Assembly: GCF_006345805.1 (NCBI RefSeq)
Contig: NW_021830461.1
Coordinates: 1-64,000 of the forward strand
DNA from: Octopus sinensis
Lineage: Eukaryota
Length of the DNA: 64,000 nucleotides
Direction of reading: 5' to 3'
Below, piece by piece: positions 60,511-64,000 of the stretch. The notes beneath the pieces are model-generated. The model was not told the DNA's origin, did not search any database, and worked only from the letters and a program-made list of their open reading frames with translations. The position numbers were made by a program, and so were the translations under genes. Numbering within the stretch: the stretch's first letter is position 1; each line of letters begins with the position of its first letter.

Positions 60511-62051
60511 TAATAGTAATAGGGAATTTAATGATTGATTCGAAAAGTTTTTTAATTTTAAAATATAAACTTTATCAACAGAAATTTTGAACGGATCGCT
60601 TTGGAACGGGAATGTTTCCCCCAGAAGTGAGGCATTATATTGCCTATTGCAGGATTGAGAATCTGTTTTTTTAACCAAGGGAGCTTTGTTTAACTATTTT
60701 ATAAGAAGCAAAAAAACCGTTGATCATTTGGCAACCCAATGTGGGAAAATGCTCAACAGTAATTACGTCAGAAAACATAACGAAGTCGTGAAATGTATTC
60801 ACTTGTATGTCTGTAGGAAGTATAGAATCCGCAAAGTTAAAAAATTTAAAGAATATTCACTTCAGTCAATCATATTCACATAAAATGTTGAAATATGTGA
60901 AGATTCTTTAATAATTACAGACACAAAAATTTAATGTAACAAGACTGATATATTCATGTACGACAAAATAAAAAAACGAAATTACTATCATCGAAGTGGG
61001 ACGTCCCCTCTCGAAGTAGGACAGGACCTGCCTGAAGCAGGCCGAAGTTGAGAAATGCCATAAATGCAATCCTTTGGGCATGGATTTATCCAGCCTCTAC
61101 GACGCTCAAATCAAAATAATTTTACTGGATATGACATGTGACGGTGTCGTTTTTAAGTTTTTCAAGAATTACATTGAAAAGTTGGCAATTGAAGACGTTT
61201 CTGTGTTTCAGCAAACACTTCTTTAGAATTTACAATTTATCCAAAACCAAGCATGTGTTTCTTAAATCTATGCGAGGAATTTAACACACTTTAGAGACAT
61301 GGAATACTAAAAAAATCCCTTTAAACAAAAAATTCGAATTTGATTTAAATCTGTTTGATAAAACTTAGTGTACTACAAGGAAATAAATAGAAATAAATAG
61401 AAAAATGAATGTATACAACAGTAAATACGAATTTATCTGCGGAGATAAAGTATACCTAAAAAAATTACGGATACTCAAGTTAAAAAAGATTATGGAACAA
61501 AACTTTCGTCACGGCTAAATAAATTAGAGTCTCCATTCTATTCAGGGGTCAAAACAATTAACATTTTGTCAAACAATCAAGTCGAGATTAAGAACCATTT
61601 TTATTTAATAGATAAAATATGCTAAAGAAGGTGTATAAAGGATTCCGACTTTTCTTTTCCAAAGGGGAAAATGTCTGCTCTTGGACGTCAAGGGTATAAA
61701 CTCGTTTTTGGCTAGAACATAGTAGCATCAATCGAAAGCCCTGGAGCCCCAACAGAACGGGCCGAAAAGATGAAACATGCGAAACATGATGATGTCAGGA
61801 ATTGCAGAGTGTTTGGCCTCCTGACGCCTAAAATACGAGGACCTTCCGCTCGGAGCCTGCTCTGACATATCGGGTTACTTCTGGATAAGGTTACTGACGA
61901 TCAATCCGAGAACTGGTATCTCCCAACAAGATTTCCTGCTTTAGTCAAAAATAATGCCCTGTCTGTCCGACAATAACCATTTTTTTTCTTTTAAACAATT
62001 TTTTTCTAATAAACATATTCTAATCAAAAAAATAAAACTAAAAGAATAAAA

Positions 62052-63631
62052 TCAGGTATTTTTATTGATAAAACTTTCCAATATATTTATTGTATTTTTC
62101 ACATTCTTAGCTTTTGCCTTTATTGCTGCTTTGTGACGTTTAGTCTTGTTATGTAGATTCCAGGTTTTCTCATCAACATAAAACGTCATTTCACAGATTT
62201 TACAAGTTCGCATGGATACGCCCCTCGATCTTTGCTCGACTTCAGTAATAAAATTAATCTTCTCTTTGGGAAATTGGCATTCACGTTTCTGAATTATAAT
62301 CACCAGAGACAATACAGCCAAATAGTCCGCAACAATGGTAATTGCCATTGGAATTACGTCTGTCGACAGATCCTTGGATCCTGTGGCATCTAATTTATAT
62401 ACACAATAGCATTCAGGTCTACTACACCCCTCATAGGTCTCTGAAATAATACAAATAGTCATTAATTTTTACGAGTTAAAAAACGTTTTCTTATCCAGCC
62501 AAGTTGTTGTCTGGCATAGCGCTTAGTTGAATTTTTCAACCTTTCAACGCCTGAAAATAGTTTTAAAAAAAATAACTTTTTTCAAGTAATTTTTTTCCTT
62601 CTATCGAGTCTTCGCACACATTTTCGTTAAGCATCAAATATTCGTGAAACTCCTTAAAGCCTATAGACTGGAAAATTCCCCGTTGATAGTCATAATGTCT
62701 ATAAATATTATTCATATACAACAACCCTTTCTGGGTTTTACGATTTTCACTATAACGATGATGAAAATCGACAAGTTCATCAACCAGACCATTTTCCAGC
62801 ATTTTATCAACTCTTTCATCAATTAACTTATCAAGCTCTGAAAATAAATATTTAAAAAATCCAGACCTTTCAAATCCCGATAAACAAAAACGATACAAAA
62901 ATCATCAATTCGGAGTCTATATTTTGTCCCTTGTCTTTGTGCAGAGTATAGTTCAGTGATAGACTTGCCAGTTCGTTTATAAACTTCAATCGCTCTAAAA
63001 AATGTTAAAAAAAAACTTTTTTATTTTCCGAGAATCGTTTGGATGAAATTTGGAGGCATGAACAGAATCAATTTCCATTAACAATTTGTGGTTGTCCTCG
63101 TTCTCTTGGTCCATCACAATATCTTTAAAATAATTTAGAAAAATCACCATTTGAATTATAATTGTGAGAAAAACTAATAAATTTTAGTAAATTATTTTTA
63201 CTACTTAACTTCCAAAAGTGATTCCCAAAGAATCGATTCCAAATAATAATTTGTACCTCCCTCGATGATTGGAAGTCCACTGCCATTTTTGTATAGATTT
63301 TCAATGTAAAATAGTTAAGTGAAAATGCATGAAAATATTAAATGATAATAAAGGATATAATTTGTAATGCAGAATCACTGTACATCTTGACATTATAATT
63401 TTCATATAAAGGGTCCAAAAAGTCAATTAAATGATGAGGACACGCGTTTAACTCAGAAGGAGTGGGTTTATTGGTAATAATATTTAATCCTTTGTACATC
63501 TGCATAGCATCAGCATTTATAATGCTTCCATTAAATTTTTTGGCCAATGCAAATGCTATTTGTGATTTTCCAGAACCAGTTGGGCCAAGTACAGCTACAA
63601 GTGGACGCAATCGGCCACCACTAGTCTTCAT
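62052..63631 (-). CDS. TRIT1: tRNA dimethylallyltransferase, copy 2
   Basis: Same translated ORFs as copy 1. Confidence 0.92.
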
Positions 63632-64000
63632 ATGGTTTTTAATTTTTTAATTAAATATAAATTAATAAAAAACATTTAATTAAAAAAATATTTAGGAATA
63701 TATTTTTCTATTTTATTGAGATTGTTTACATCCCATAAACTGGCTTATGTGCTAGCCGTCGTGTAATTTAAAAATTGATAAAACCAAATAGTCTATTTCG
63801 AAATGAAAATTAGGTACTAAGGGAGTGAAAAAGGATACCCTAATATTCTTCCCAAAGAAGTAGTAAGATAATGTTTAGAGAAATTGCTGCCACTGAGCTA
63901 GGTTTAATTCCTATTTCAAATACTTCTGTGAGCAGACTGATCAAGGATATGTTTGATGACATCGAAACCCTTTTGGTTCGGCGAATAAAAAAATCTGAAT

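Larger units (their letters stand above)
59143..64000 (+). repeat. Copy 2 of the ~4.9-kb duplication
   Basis: Near-identical to 871-5725. Confidence 0.97.

Overview
AT-rich eukaryotic (animal-like) DNA from a compact genome whose genes are split by tiny spliceosomal introns of about 23-34 nt. This intron size together with a motile-cilium dynein best fits a dicyemid or similar reduced parasite (inference). Genes reconstructed by manual splicing: metaxin-2 and tRNA isopentenyltransferase TRIT1 (both twice, in a ~4.9-kb near-identical direct duplication at the window ends), a Tweety-like membrane protein, DNAAF11/LRRC6 and an outer-arm dynein heavy chain (DNAH5/8-like), a YTHDC1-like gene, a catalytically dead REX4/ISG20-like exonuclease, SPTLC1, an intronless ETS factor, SmD1 and MMAA. 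DNAAF11 and the dynein lie head-to-head and are both 5'-truncated at one junction. Intergenic space is filled with fragments of CRE-like and R4-like RLE retrotransposons, RTE/other LINEs, hAT (Buster-type), pogo and Tc1. Two elements have resolvable ends: a hAT element with an 8-bp TSD and a nested CRE insertion, and a Merlin-like element with three TIRs. Family assignments rest on recognising motifs by eye; no database searches were run.
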